Assembly (NCBI GenBank): GCA_964016885.1 | Contig: OZ024740.1 | Span: forward strand, 187,054,001-187,118,000 | Length of the DNA stretch: 64,000 nucleotides | Origin: Eledone cirrhosa | Lineage: Eukaryota | Direction of reading: 5' to 3' | Shown here: positions 12,251 to 26,570 of the stretch, in pieces | Numbering within the stretch: position 1 is the stretch's first letter | Layout of the letters: each line of letters starts with the position of its first letter | The notes under the pieces: model-generated | Databases searched by the model: none | What the model saw: the letters and a program-made list of their open reading frames with translations, nothing else | Told to the model about the DNA's origin: nothing | Made by a program: the position numbers and the translations under genes

Positions 12251-14617
12251 CATATCTCTTTTCACCAGACTTACTTTTATGAGTACTTAATTACTAATTT
12301 TATATTACTCTTAGGCCTGGAGAGAGCTGGACTCTGCCATGCTTTAAAATGTCCAAGAAATACTGTATGACAATACGGTGCCTCTATGACTCTATCAGGA
12401 GTTACAGTATAAAAGAAAAATATATTACTCCCAGCACAAATTAATCTCCTCTACTACACATGCTGTCACTAAATTATTTTAATGTGTAATTCTTTAACTC
12501 ATATCTAATTTCTTTCTTCCTATTCATTTTTTGATATTATGTATATAGGTGCAGCAGTTGACTTTGTTTCATTTGCTTGACTATTAATTTGTGATTACTA
12601 GCTACCATCTCCTCCCAAACCACTTTAGCTTAAACGTTTACTTTCTTTTAATTCATCCTTAAATCCTTCAATTCGATCTATTGCCTTTCATCATTATCGA
12701 GGTTGACTTTGCCTTTCATCCTTACGGGGTCGATAAAATAAAGTACCAGTAATGCACTGGGTAATTGCTGGCCTTGTGCCTAAAGTAGAAACAATTATTA
12801 TCTTCCTATTATCTCTCAACCATATTTACTTGCTCAATCAACTATCCCTTTGACAAAACTAACAAAACAATGTAATTTAATATATTTTATTCTTAATTAA
12901 GGTTTGTAACATAATCTATATATGATAAATTTAATGTAGGAATAAGTACAGTTTTGAATTATATGCCATACTCTGAAAATATAAACAAATACAATTACCG
13001 TTTGTAATTCTATATATGAAGAGAATAACAAAATGTACTTATATTTGACTAGATATTCATGGCAAGGCTTATAATTTGAAACTGTGATTATATCTACATT
13101 AAATATATTTTAGATATTCTAATATATATTGTGTTGTGCATAACATTTAATATTTAATATCCCAAAATTTCACAAAAGTATTCTATCACATTTCATTTAT
13201 ATTTCTTTACTCACTTCCAGCTTATTTTTATTACTCGTTATACCAAATTCTATTAATTTTGAATTGCATCATATTTTAATATAAACTATTCAGCATTTTT
13301 ATCGTAGCATTGCCCTATTCAAAATTATTATTTCTTTTATCATTTATGATTTCCTTGCAAATCCTTTTTATAGTAGTTCAAATATACTATTTCATTTTAT
13401 TTTATTTACACTACTTTAGAGCTTTTAGTACACTTAACATTTCACTTACTTCCTTGTTATATAACATTTCAATATAAACTATTTATCAGTTTTAGCATTT
13501 CCCTGTTCAAACATATAACCATATTTAATTTTGTCTTAAATACTTGTTCTAAAATTCAAATTTTATAATACATTGAATATACTATTCGAATTAACACTAT
13601 GTTATCACATTTTTGTCCTAATCATTTTTCTATCAGATTAGCTTATAAAGTGAAATATTGTAACATCTATCCAAACAAATTAATCCCCACATGATCAATC
13701 TCCCCAACACTTTGATACAAAACCCTCCTTATGAACTATTCAAAAATATTTCTGGGAACTATTTACAATTCTGATACTTCAAAATTAGTTGAAATATTTG
13801 GAAAACATTTATTGATTCCTCATATGGCAAGCAACTATAATATTTTCTACTTCTATTGCTTCCCTTACATCCAAAATAACAGTTGGTGTACATTTCTCTC
13901 ATGTAAATTCTTCAAATCTAAGTTTTATATTTCATTTGTTCAATGACTACATATTCCATGATTGTCCTTAATACCCTGTACTTTGATAATTTTTTGAGTA
14001 AATACATGAGCTCTCTGCAGGAGGAAAATCTATTAAGTATATAAATATATATATATACATATATACAAGGCATCATCTTCGTCCTCACTGTTCAATGCCT
14101 ATTCTCCATGTATGGAATAAACTGGCTCTCATGTACTGAGGCATGACTGGTCAGGTGACTACGTCCTGCTCATACATTCTACTTTTGGTTTGGCTGCTAT
14201 GACTGAATGCACATCCTTATGCCAACCACTTTATAAGATGTATGGGGAGTATTTTATCAAGTCTTACAATAATACCAGTACTACTGTACTACATTGTGGA
14301 CTGAGGGCTTTTCACCATGGCACCAGCACTACCACCTTACAGGGATAACAAATGAAACAAAGAGTTTTTAATAGCAAACATTGAGAGCACTCAAACAGAT
14401 AGTGTTATGGATACAACATTATTAATATCTTGCACAAAAATCACAGAATCAAGTAGAGCATTAAAATATTATTTACATTAGCTATATATAGTTCTAAAAC
14501 ATTCTTAATGAAGTGCTGTTTCTAGTCTTAAAAACACCCCCACAATTATTACCATAATTAAATGTTAAGAAGCCGACCTTCATCAGTAAGACAATCTTAT
14601 TAATGTGTGTCTGTATA

Positions 14618-14679
<62 letters not shown>

Positions 14680-14684
<5 letters not shown>

Positions 14685-14778
14685 TAATATAACAGATTAA
14701 AGTTTAAGCAAAGAATCGCTGCTTTCACCCTTAACGGGAACTTCTGAAACTAACAAAGTCAATCTGTAAACGCAGAAC
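14680..14778 (-). mobile_element. Solo arm of the CAGAAGA-HHR family between TA repeats
   Basis: Matches 10810..10908. HHR fold at 14701..14751. Confidence 0.8.
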
Positions 14779-14789
14779 TATATATATAT

Positions 14790-15720
14790 AGGCACACTCA
14801 AGCGGTTTTGAGACTTTTATCAAAGAAACATTTATTTAATTCAGATCAACATAACATTCTAGTCTCCCTCAAAGTAGGATGCTCCAACTTCAATACATTC
14901 GTTGTAGCACTCCTGGAGGCCCCCTTGTAGTGTTCCGAAGTGAAGATACACAGGCCGCTTGTTACAGCCTCCTTCATCTGTTCCATATCCTCAAAGTGGA
15001 TACCCCTGAGCTTCTCCTTTGGCTTTGGGAACATCAAGAAGTCACAAGCTATGTCTGGATAGTAGGGAGGTTGAGAGACAGTCTTGATCCCCATATCAGC
15101 CAAGTAGTTGATTTCCAGGATGGATTGGTGGCAGAGGACATTGTCCTAGTGCACGTGCCACATACCAGACTTCAAGAGTTCTGCTCTCTTGTGAAGAAAT
15201 CTCTTTCTGAATTGCCTCAAAACCTTGACAGAGTACTCTTTGTTGACTCTCTGGTCATAAGGGACCTAGTGGATGTAGCTGATGTCCTAGCTGTCGAAGA
15301 ATGGGATCATCATGAGATTCCCAGTAGACCTGCTTCGCCTAGACTTTTTGGGTCTTGGGATGTTAGAATGTTTCCACTAGACACTCTGTCTCTTGGTCTC
15401 TGGATCATAACAGTAGACCAAGGTCTCCTCACAGGTCAACAGAGACTCAAGGACACTTGGATCCAAAACGATTCACTTGGCCATCACCCTGCTGTAGTCA
15501 ATGCACCATTGCCTTTGGTTGTCATTGAGCATCCTGAGAACAAATTTTGCACTACCACACCTCTCGTTATCTCTCACCTGCTTCCTGTCCTCCTGAAACC
15601 ATTTGTACCTGTGAAAAACAGTTGCCTGGCTCATGAAGGTTAGTCTGTAACCAGTTGTGTCTATTTCAGAGGGTTGTGCAGCATTTTGCTGAGCTTGACG
15701 CAAAACTTTATTACATATTC
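14790..15720 (-). mobile_element. Mariner-family transposase relic
   Basis: MSQATVFHRYKWFQEDR (HTH region), EETLVYCYDPETKRQS (GDETW-like), QPPYYPDIA-CDFLMFPKPKEKLRG (YSPDLAP-like). Many disruptions; TIRs not identified. Confidence 0.85.
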
Positions 15721-16796
15721 ACCCACCATGTTGTCTTCACATCCTGACTGCATTGTGGAATCAGTCAGCTGTGACATGATGTGTATAATGGGTATTGTTT
15801 AAAGTGCTGTAGTGGTTCACACCTGTAACCTGTAAAAATAAGATTTGACATGTTAGATTATTATAACCCTGTCAAGGATGAATTAGAGTGACAGCTACAT
15901 AGCTCAATTACAAGTACCTGAAAAGAAAATTCTTAATATCTGTATGTATAACTTTTCAATTCTAATTATCTGCCCCAAGAAGACTTTCATATGTAAAATT
16001 AGGGGTGGGGGTGCTGTGTATTCAAATTTATTGTGGATGAGGTGCCCCCCCAAACCTGAAGTGCCCCAGGTCCCCCAACATCTAAATTCAACTCTGCACG
16101 CACAACTATATATATGACCTGAGATGTCTGGCCTCATTTGTCCTTGTAGTGAGTAATGCTGCCACATCTTGTCTGGTGATTCTGATATGCACCCTGAAAG
16201 TCTGGATAAATTTCAAAATATAATTAACAACATTATTGATTATATCTGATGATGCTGGCTTCAATCACTATCATCCATTCCAAATGTTGCCTCTTTGCAT
16301 TTTCTATAAATATTTTCATGGAAAATATTCTGAAGAGCTTTCTTCTAGAGTTTAAATGCAGTAACAGATTTGTGGCTACATAACATCCCTTAACTCACAC
16401 ACACGTCAATTTTGTAAGAACCAATGTGTGTCTTTTTGTATGTCTACAGTGTCTTTCTCTACCAATATCACTTTTGGACTTCTCTTCTGGCTTCTTGCTT
16501 TCCTGACCATTACAATTTGCAAAAATTCAAAAGTAACATCAATTGTTGTTATCTCTCTCCTTGTGTTATGTTCTTTCTATCTTGTCCTTTTGAGTAAACC
16601 CTGGCATTTTAGTGGCTTCACTGCCTTGCATGTGTTGAGTAAATTGAAATAAAAATAATATTATAGCCCATCTAACCTGTGAAAGCACAGAAAATAGATG
16701 TTAAACAATGATGATGATGATGAGTGTGGGTGTGTGTATATATATATATATATATATGGCATAATCACATTCATACATATGTATAGATACATACAA

Positions 16797-16867
<71 letters not shown>

Positions 16868-16924
16868 TGTATGTATGTATATATATACTCACTCATATAT
16901 ATAAGTATGTGTGTATATATATAT

Positions 16925-17090
16925 AAGTTAAGAAATATACATTTAGAAAAAATTCAATAAAGTATCATTAATGTGGAGTAGTACTGCAATGATACTTTAT
17001 TGAATTTTTTCTAAATGTATATTTCTTAACTGTGAAGTAGTCGTATGTATAGTGGAAATCAAGTAGGGTGAAATGATCTCCCTTTCTTTA
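16925..17090. repeat. Short fold-back: ~45-bp inverted repeats, 18-nt spacer, tail; next to TA repeats
   Basis: 16925..16969 is the reverse complement of 16988..17031. No HHR retained. Confidence 0.75.
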
Positions 17091-18998
17091 CCAGTTTCAA
17101 TCTCACTCTGACCTCCCTACCAAACCTTCATTCTCCTCCATTCTTGTATGTCTCTTACTCATTTGTCTAAGATATTATGACCAGCAATAATTGATACATA
17201 AATCCAGTTCTAATGTTGATTGGCAGGTGGTTTTAAGTTTTATTCCAGCTAAATTAAGCAGTAATTCAGTGTCTAATGCTATTTGTGTTAAAAAAATTAA
17301 AAAACACAGACAACAAAAATACATAATAGTAATCATTAAAAAAATAATAATAGTAATAATAATAATAATGATAATGACAAATAAAATATTAAAAAATAAA
17401 TAATATATGATAGATAATAGGAAAAGTAAACAACAAATGAATAATGAAGAACATTTAAAGAAATTATTTTCCGGAGGAAGAGCCCATTAAGAAAATAGTT
17501 ATAGTATTTGACAATAAAACCTATCACGCATGCATGCAGGCAGGCATAAATCCATACACACACAGATGTGTGTGTATGCCCACTTGCATACAGTTATTTA
17601 CTTACACTCTCATACATTTGAGACATTTATAGATTTAACAGGTATTGTCATAAATGCCAATGCATTATTACAGAAACACGCAATACAAAACTATACAGAG
17701 TCACACATATGCACACTCCTAAGCATGGAAACACACATTCACACACATGTAGACAGGGAAACACACATTCACACACACAAACATCCAAATCCACACAACT
17801 AGATATGAAAATGCACATACACATATACACACATAGATATCGAAAGTACCAATGTGTGTGTGTGTATCATTATCATTTAACATTGATTTTCCACACTACC
17901 ATGGGTTAAACGAATTTTCTCATTGTTAGACTAGTCAGATAAGGTGACCAAGTCTTGCTCATACAGAACTGTTTGTGTGTGTGCATATAGAAACTGTAAA
18001 TAAATTTACATGTATACATTTAGGAGATTTTCTTAACAAGCCCAGTACAATCTGTAATGTGGTTGGTGATAGGAAGGGCATTTTCTCTTCCACATGTATC
18101 AAATACTGTTTTTACTTTGCTGTTATCATCATCATTTAACATCCATCTTCCACACTAGCATGGGTAGGACTACATACTATATAAGTATCATAATAATCAT
18201 TTTATGTTTGTTTTCCATGCTAGCAGAGATTAGATACCTTATTACAGTCCAGGTCAATTCTTATTCAGAATTACTTCTCTTCTAGACAGGTCAAAAAGAT
18301 CCCAACTCACTCATGCATTCAAATATTAACATTTTCTCTATGGTTGGATGTCTTTCCTAACACCAACAACTTAAAATCTTATTTTATTATTTTAAATTTA
18401 TATTTTGATTTTTATATTCATTTATATTATTTTTCATTTTTAGTTTCTCAACTGTTAGAAGTACTGGATCTTTCTCCTTGTCTGTCATGGCTTAAGGGCT
18501 CTATACGGACGTTTAAATTGATTAAATAAATAAATAAATAAATAAACTAAGTAGGTTGGGTGCATTTGCATTTTATCATGGAAGGCATTTCCTGAAGGAG
18601 CCTTCTCCACAATAGTATGCATCCCCATTGCCTCATCAACCACTTTACAGAGTGTATCGATGCACTTGAATGGTTGCCTTTCTACATGACAAAAAGGGTT
18701 CTCTCCATTCTTTCAAAGTAAAGTGCCCAAAAGTTGGATTTGAAAGCAAGCAGTTTATATATATCTTCATCATCATGATCATTTAAACCTGTTTTCCTTG
18801 AAAGCAAGGATTGGGCAGATCATCATCATATAAGTTGGTACTTAGAGCTACTAACCTCTCAGATAGGCTGGGGCTGCATCTCACTTACATATGTTCATAT
18901 ATTGTACAGAGTACTGTGTATTTTTGATCATGATACCAGGACTAGGGAGGTTGTCATGTCTTTGACACAACTGAAGTGTTCTATCATCATATATATAT

Positions 18999-19202
18999 AT
19001 ATTTAATATAGAAAGGCTTCTACAGGACTAGAACTGTTTCATTCGGTAGATATCATCAGGAAGCCAGATCAGGTTTCCTGGTGATTTCTCCTGAATGAAA
19101 CACTTCTAGTCCTGTAAAAGCCTTTCAATATTAAATATTTATACTCTGCTTTGTTTTGAGTACCTTACTGTGGTTACACCCAATTGAACCCAGGATAAAC
19201 TT
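18999..19202. mobile_element. Fold-back element with an HHR in each arm (67-bp arms, 6-nt spacer, ~65-bp tail)
   Basis: 18999..19065 is inverted at 19072..19138. Starts at a (TA)n tract. Confidence 0.8.
19015..19065 (-). ncRNA. Type I hammerhead ribozyme
   Basis: GGCTTC-CTGATGA-TATCTACCGAAT-GAAA-CAG(TTCTAGTC)CTG-TA-GAAGCC: 6-bp helix I, 4-bp helix III, GUA site, weak helix II. Confidence 0.75.
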
Positions 19203-19653
19203 ATATATCTCATCATCTTTGTTTAATGTCCATTTTCCATGCTAGCATGGGTTAGATTCGTTGTTCCATTTGAGGCAAGTTGGGTTAGAGACCTGTGTCT
19301 TCCTCATATAGAACTGTTTATATATATATATATATAGCTGTGAAACTCTACCAGTGACTCAAGACCAGGAGTTACGTGTTTCAGGGCATTAAAATGTTGC
19401 ATCTTAATTTTGAGGGAGATGTGTCTGCTATTTTAACAGTTCAAACAACCACCTTAAGGTTCAATCATTGTTTTGTGTATGCTACTATTCTCAGCATTTC
19501 TTTTTATTTGTTTTTGGTTTTTGTTTTGTTTTTTTGCTGATGTTGTAATTACTGTTTCTCAATTTTCAAAAGGTATTTTAGCAATATAATCAGATGTTCT
19601 AACTGGGAACACTGGCAGCGTCGGAATCTCAGTCCAGTAAGAACAATGCACTG

Positions 19654-19795
19654 CATCATCATCATCATCATCATCATCATTGTCATCATTACCATCACAA
19701 CCACCACCACCATCACTGTCATCATCATTATCATCATTATCACCACCACCACGACGACCACCACCACCATCGTCCTTCCCTTCATTGTTATAGTT
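19654..19795. repeat. (CAT)n/(CAC)n trinucleotide tract
   Basis: Read directly from sequence. Confidence 0.9.
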
Positions 19796-21898
19796 ATCAC
19801 TTATTCTGGAATGGCTTGTTTATATCAGGTTTGATATGATGTAGGTGGCAATTTTTAAAGGTGTTCTTAAATAATTCAATATAACTCCCATACTGTTCAT
19901 TCCTTGTTGTTACTTCCATTGTATAGGATACTTTTGTAATTGTATTTACCATTAATAATGCAATTGATTCTGGCATAGCAGCAACAGTTAGGTTCCTTTA
20001 ATAACAGCAAATGACAACATGCATATAATGTGAAGCAAATGTTCATGGCAGCAGGGCAATATTCCAACATCTACTTTAAAGCTTACAGAGAGTAAGAGAG
20101 AATAACTGATGAAAAAGCCAACAAAAATGATTTATAAACAAAGCATTTTGAAAATAACAAAATATATTGATGACAACAATCAATGCAATCATTGGTTCTG
20201 CAATCATACAGTCTCTTTTTAGTTCAGTCTTACTATGGGTTGGATAGGTTTGTATAAGATAATCATGTAATAGATGACATAAATAAAAGTGTATGTGTGT
20301 CTGGCGAAAATGTAAGTGGCATAAACATTTGTTCTTGTCACATTTATCAAAATTACTAATGTCAGACTTAATTGGTGCCAAGATAAAACTGTCTCAGGAA
20401 CCCACCTGAGCATTAGTTAATTAGGCAGGTGTTATGGCATTTAACTTAATTTTGGCTTAATTTGTTACAAGATTTTAGTTCTGTCTGGTGATATTTCTGT
20501 CTTCATTTCCTGGAGATGTCATTTGCATATCAAAATTTACTTTTGTCTACATCTATAAATCTTAGCATACTAAACAAAGAATGATGTGTGTGATCTGAGT
20601 GGTTTTTTTTTTGTTTGTTTTTCAACTGTTTAGTCCAGACAGGAAAAGCAGTGCTTAGACCTTTTTCATGGCTTCTATGACTGGTGGGGTGGAGAGAAGA
20701 ATGTATGCTCAAGCTGGCGACCTGTGTTCAATATTTGCAATAGGTATATAAGGGTCAGGTGTGTGTATGTACATATACTGATGGCATTACAGAAAATCTT
20801 TATGTTATGTATTTTTATATAATAGCAAAGAAATGACTTTCAAAATTTATGTGTAAAAGTATAATTACAGCAATGGCAAAAATACCGAAATAACCAAAAC
20901 GAAAAATATATTCAATAAAAAGTAAAAATTGTTTATGGTGCTAATTAGCTTGCAATGTGTATGTTTATAAATTAGTAGCTTCACCACATTCATTTCACTG
21001 GAGCCCCATCCTCCAATAATAAATAAACCTTAAAAGAATGAGATAAACATTTTTACCAATCATAACATCTGTAAGTTGTAGTAACATTAGGGCAGTGGAT
21101 TAGCAGAATCATGAGAGTTGCAGTCAAAATATCATGCTATATTTGTAAGAACTCATATCACTCTGAGTTCATATCCCACTAAGGTCAACTGTACCTTTCA
21201 ATCTTCTAGGATCAATAAAATAAAGTCCTAGTAAAATACTGGAATAAAGTAAATTGTTGTGCCCCACTTTCCATATTTTTGGCCTTGTGCCAAACTTACT
21301 TGTAACAATTTGAATTGAGGATTTTATAAAAAAAAAACAAATATTCATTCTCAAGTATATATGATTCTAATCCTACAAAATCAAAATAAAATTTGAAGTT
21401 AAATCGAATTTGCATCCAAGTTGAAGAAAGAAAACAAAAAACTAATGGGAATTAGTGGAACAGATTTGGCCATAAGATTTCTCAATCAGGTAGAAATAGC
21501 AGCAATATCTCCTTGAAATAACACACTACATTAGAGGATGTAGTTATTGATATATGGAACATATAGAACTTCTTAATAAGGTAAAACTTGATGTAAACAA
21601 TTGGTCTGACAAGGATGTTGATGTTGTTTAGCTCCAAGTCAGACCTCATCAAATGAACCTATGATAAAAAACATTCCAGCCATCATTGTTGAAGTCCAAT
21701 TTCCTTTTAATATACAATCTAATTAGAAGAAAATTATCTAGTAAGTCTTTACTTTTGTGAGATGATAGAATGATATTTAAGAGAAATTTGACTGCTTTCC
21801 TTTTCAGACTAAAAATAATCTTTAAAAATTACTAGTGCTGCCACCTCTTTTCTCAACTTGCTTGCATTCAACTTTTCATGTGAAGTTATACTCTAGGC

Positions 21899-22223
21899 CA
21901 GTGGTTCTCAACCTTTTTTTGCCAACGGCACACCTTGGAACACATGAAAAAATAGTGGCACACCTGGCTAAATATATAAGAAAAATATTTGAATTTTACA
22001 AAATAAAAACACGGCAAGTCATAGACGGCATACAACCGTAGACACAGATTAGTCATAGATACATAGAATGACTCAAACTAAATAAAGAAAAACACAGCTA
22101 CAAACTTACTTTATTGCAGTGTTTCGAATTTCATCAGTCAAATAACTGGCTTCTTTAGTGAGAAATTTGTTCAAAATTTTGCGGCATACCAGTGTGCTGC
22201 AGCACACTGGTTGAGAATCACTG
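21899..22223. mobile_element. Non-autonomous hAT (Charlie/MER5-like) MITE
   Basis: TIRs CAGTGGTTCTCAACC and GGTTGAGAATCACTG. Perfect 8-bp TSD CTCTAGGC at 21891..21898 and 22224..22231. Confidence 0.9.
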
Positions 22224-22794
22224 CTCTAGGCAAATAAATGATTGTAGCTTTTTCAAATTAGTTTTTATGATCTTAAATTGTATGAAAATATTTCTAATGC
22301 TTTTTCACTTATCTTCAAGTTTAGCAAATGTTTATGTTTACAGGGGGAAAACATCTACATCCTCTATCATGTTAAGATTACAGTTTCATGGTTTTATTCA
22401 CTATATATATATAGTTTGCTTGATCTTTGGTCCGGATATCCTTTCTTACATCAGCTAGAATAAGTAATTTGCTATACAAGAAATTAAGTCACATAATAAT
22501 AAATGTAGAACTCCAGAAGCTATATAAACAAGGATAAAGATGTTTGTTTTAAACATGAGAATGGGTTATTTAAAAGTACTTAGCTTTGAAGATGACATAG
22601 CAAAAATACTACTACTAATAATAATAATAATTCTTTCTACATTTGGCACAAGACCAGAAATTGGAAGGGGAGTAGAAAGTCGATTAAATCGACCCCAATG
22701 CATTACTGGTGCTTTATTTTATCAACCCCGTAAGGATGAAGTGCAAAGCTAACCACTGGCAGGATTTCAACTAAGAATTTAAAGGGCTGTAACC

Positions 22795-23015
22795 CCATTC
22801 TATGGGATATACCAACACATACAAACAGAGAGATCAAAGAATAAAAAGAAAAATATGACTTTTAATTAATTTATCAATCCCCACAGATGACAATATATCT
22901 ACCAAGGAAATGGAAAAATTATCCAAATATAAAGATCTAGAAATAGAAATAACTAAAAATGTGGATGATGAAAACAGAAACAATACTTATAATAATAGGT
23001 GCTCTGGGAATAATA
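22795..23015 (+). pseudogene. Restriction-like-endonuclease non-LTR (R4/Dong-like) relic
   Basis: ILWDIPTHTNREIK and EKLSKYKDLEIEIT...IIIGALG; ends at TAA repeats. Confidence 0.6.
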
Positions 23016-24637
23016 ATAAAAACCCACACATATTACGAAGAGTACTCTCAATACAATAGAAACAACCCACCAAAAACCAGACTGCACAAAGATGCAATGT
23101 GATGATTAGTAATGCAGTGAAGATGTGCAATCATATTAATAATAATAGTTTCTGATTTTAGGCACAAGGCCAACAATTTGGTGGAGGGGAAAGTTAATTA
23201 AATCAACTCCAGTGAGTAACTGGTACTTTATTTTATTGATCACATAAAGATGAAAGGCAAAGCTAACCTCGGCGGGATTTGAACTCAGAGTTTAAAGGAC
23301 CATATCTCTATGCCACAAAGCATATTTTCCAAAGCTCTACTAATAGTGGTAGTAGTAAAATGGTCTGATTTAGGCACAAGGCCAACAATTTTGGGAGAGG
23401 GAAAGTCAATTAAATTGGCCCCAGTGCATGACTGGTACTTTATTTTATCGACCCTGTAAGAATGAAAGGCAAAGCTAACCTCAGCAGGTTTTGAACTCAG
23501 AACATAAAGGGTTGTAACTCTACGCCATGAAGCATGTTGTCTGACACTCTACCAATACTGCCAATAAAAATAACAAAAGAAGTTTAAAATAAAAGTAGAT
23601 AATTTATTTGAAAAATAGACATTTACTGAAACTTGGAAGTTTATGAGAAACATATATAGTATTTGATGGATCATTTTCAAGCACATAACATGAATTAGTT
23701 ACTGAAGGAAAGTTTGTTTTCCTTATCTTAATTGAAAATACAAGGTAAATATATATACATCCATATTATATGTACATATACCTGTCTGTATTGGTCTATC
23801 CAAAGATATGATTTACGTTTACATACTTTAGCAGGTTGTTTGGTTGGTTAGTTGCTGTTTAACCCCATAATATAGGTTTGATCAAGCAAATCTATAGTCA
23901 AAAGCATTCCAGTCGTGACCACCCTTTCTCTATTTCAGATGTCTAGGACAACATTATCTAATGTAGCTTTTACATTTTACAACAATTAAGTGTGATTTTT
24001 GCTCAGAAAGATTGGGATGCTATTTCTAGCAAGCAAAGTAACCATGTAGAATGTACATTATTGGTTGTTTATGTATTTGTAGTATGTTGGGTGTATGTAT
24101 ATGAGTGTATGTATTTATGTATGTATCTATGTATATATGAATGTACATATGAAGTTGATTCCATTCCTGTGCTGTGGATATAATGTTTTCTCTGTAAGGA
24201 TGTTGCATTACAGAATATAGTATTCAATTTGTTTAGTTCTAGATAACTATATAACATTTCTATGATTGAAAACAATGTTGAAAATGGTAGTCATTTATAT
24301 GGCTGACTGTATGGGAAAGAAATTTTAACTGACAAAGGGTATTTTCTTTTCAGAATATGTTGAAGTTATGTCTATAGGCTGATGAAGTAATGATAACAAT
24401 GGAAAGAAATTTTGCTAAGTCGAATTTATTGGATACTAGCTGGTACAATTAAAATTTACTTTTGTAGAGATGATTTGCTATTTTCTGTACTTATCACAGA
24501 TATATATAAACCAACAGACTCACCACCACATAGACATACGCCTATATACAAGTTGGTATGAAAGTCTAGATCCAAAGTAACTTTGTTTTATATACAAGCC
24601 CACACATTCAGTATGTGTGTATATACATATATATATA

Positions 24638-25520
24638 TGACCTGGACACAATGCAGCAATGGAACATGAACTGGCAACTCAAGCTAGCAGTGGATAAGTG
24701 TACCATCATGCATTTTGTGAGGAAAAACCTAGCGTCCACATATTTCCTCCACAACACTAATCTCAAGAAGTCTTCTTGTGAACGTGACCTATGTTACTGT
24801 GAACTTGGTGTTGGACAAAACCCATCTCTAAAATTATCAAGAAGGCCAAGGGTGTCTTGGCATCACTCAGCAAGATCTTTGTCAGCCACTCTCCAGCTAT
24901 CTATATAAAGCTGTGTAAAGCTATGGTTTGGCCACACTTAGAATTTCCATCACCAGTCTGGAACCCCTATCTTGCTCAGAATATTGACCTCCTGGAAATT
25001 GTTCAACCAAGCGTCCAACCAAGCGAATACCCTCCATCAGACATCTACCATACTCTGAATGCCTTGATCCCTGTGTATGAATACATTGAAGCTCCAATGT
25101 CTGGCAACTGACTTGGTAAACACCCAGAAAATTATTAATCATCTTGCCAACAACAACCCTAAGAACTTTTTTGGATTCCATATGTCTAACACCCATGGGT
25201 ATGCCTACACAGTTAGAAAACAGCACAGCTCACTATGTTTCAGAAACATTTTTTCCCACTCAGAGTTGCTGAAGCATGGAACAAACTACCTGCATCAGTT
25301 GTTAGCTGCTGAGACACTGCATCATTTAAAACCTCCATGCTTCCTGAAATTCGCCAACACTACACCTGATATTCCCCCTCCATACACATGCACACATGTA
25401 TATCATGACTCATACACTGTTCACTTTCCTGACATTTGTGCGCATTATTGTATGTACTATACATGCACCTTTAATGAGTTGTAGTGCGCCTGAGTACTGT
25501 ACACAATAGTTTCATTATTA
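24638..25520 (+). mobile_element. CR1-like LINE 3' relic
   Basis: DLDTMQQW..WQLKLAVDKCTIMH..ERDL and PHLEFPSPVWNPYL..IDLLEIVQ; frameshifted. Confidence 0.8.
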
Positions 25521-26169
25521 ATATCATTATTATTATTATTATTCCTTTTATCCTTACGGGGTCGATAAAATAAAGTACCAGTAATGCACTGGGTGATTGC
25601 TGGCCTTGTGCCTAAAGTAGAAACAATTATTATTATTATTATTGTTATCATTATTATATATATAACATCAAGTACAAGTCAACAGGTTATAATACACTTC
25701 ATTTATTCATAATCGCTGTTATATATATATATTGGTGGTATAATATAACCATCAACATCATGATCATCATTTAACATCCATTTGCCCAGCTTGCAAGGGT
25801 GGATGGGTCTTTGAAGTCCAAGTCCATACTCAGGTAGGACTACTGACTTCTCAGATGGGCCAGGAACCTACATTTCATATATATTCCCATGCTCTGCCAG
25901 GCGTATTTTATCATGGTACCAGCACTCAAGCAATTGTTATGTCTTTCACATAGCTGAAGAGTTCAGCTGACACTTTGTTTGACAGATCTTCTAAAGCTGG
26001 ATGCTCTTCATAACATCAATTTCATAATACAGTGTACTAGGTGTGTTAATTATGTAGATCACCAAAATTAGGAAGGTTGTCATGTTAGGGATACATTTGA
26101 AGAGAACATCTGACCTTTTGTTTGACAATACATACACAGAGACATTTATATGGGTGCATGAGTTTTACC

Positions 26170-26570
26170 ATCATCATCATCATAATCTTAATGCCTATCT
26201 TCCACGCTAGCATGGGTTAGACTGGTTTGTCCCATTTAGAGGTAAGTTGGATCAGGTGACCGTGTCTTGCTCATATGGGAGAGTTTCTGGCTGGTTTTCC
26301 ATGGTTGGATGCCCTTTCTAACGCCAACCACATTGACAGTGTGTGCTGGGTGCTTTCTGCTGTGTCTTTTACATGTCCACTTTACAGTGTGGGCTGGGTG
26401 TTTCTGGGCTGGTTTTCTACAGCTGGATGCACTTCCTAACGCCAACCACATTGACAGTGTGTGCTGGGTGCTTTCTGCTGTGTCTTTTACATGTCCACTT
26501 TACAGTGTGGGCTGGGTGTTTCTGGGCTGGTTTTCTACAGTTGGATGCCTTATCTAACGCCAACCACATT
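26170..26570 (-). mobile_element. RTE 3'-UTR-type fragment with a 118-bp internal tandem repeat (~2.3 copies)
   Basis: GGATGC recurs at 26307, 26425 and 26543. (CAT)n tail at 26170. Confidence 0.8.

Noticed and set aside
12900-13990. Possible very old LINE relic in AT-rich DNA
   Set aside because: No diagnostic motif could be recovered by eye.
14879-15643. 254-aa + strand ORF
   Set aside because: It is the antisense shadow of the mariner transposase relic and has no recognisable motifs.
15722-15829. Exon-like segment on the - strand with good acceptor and donor sites
   Set aside because: All three frames contain stops and it abuts the mariner relic; unsupported without transcript data.
24375-24420. 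CTGATGA...GAAA hammerhead-like core
   Set aside because: No helix I, II or III pairing could be found.
26284-26570. Regularly spaced repeats resembling a CRISPR array
   Set aside because: Whole 118-bp units are duplicated with no unique spacers, the context is eukaryotic, and there are no cas genes.
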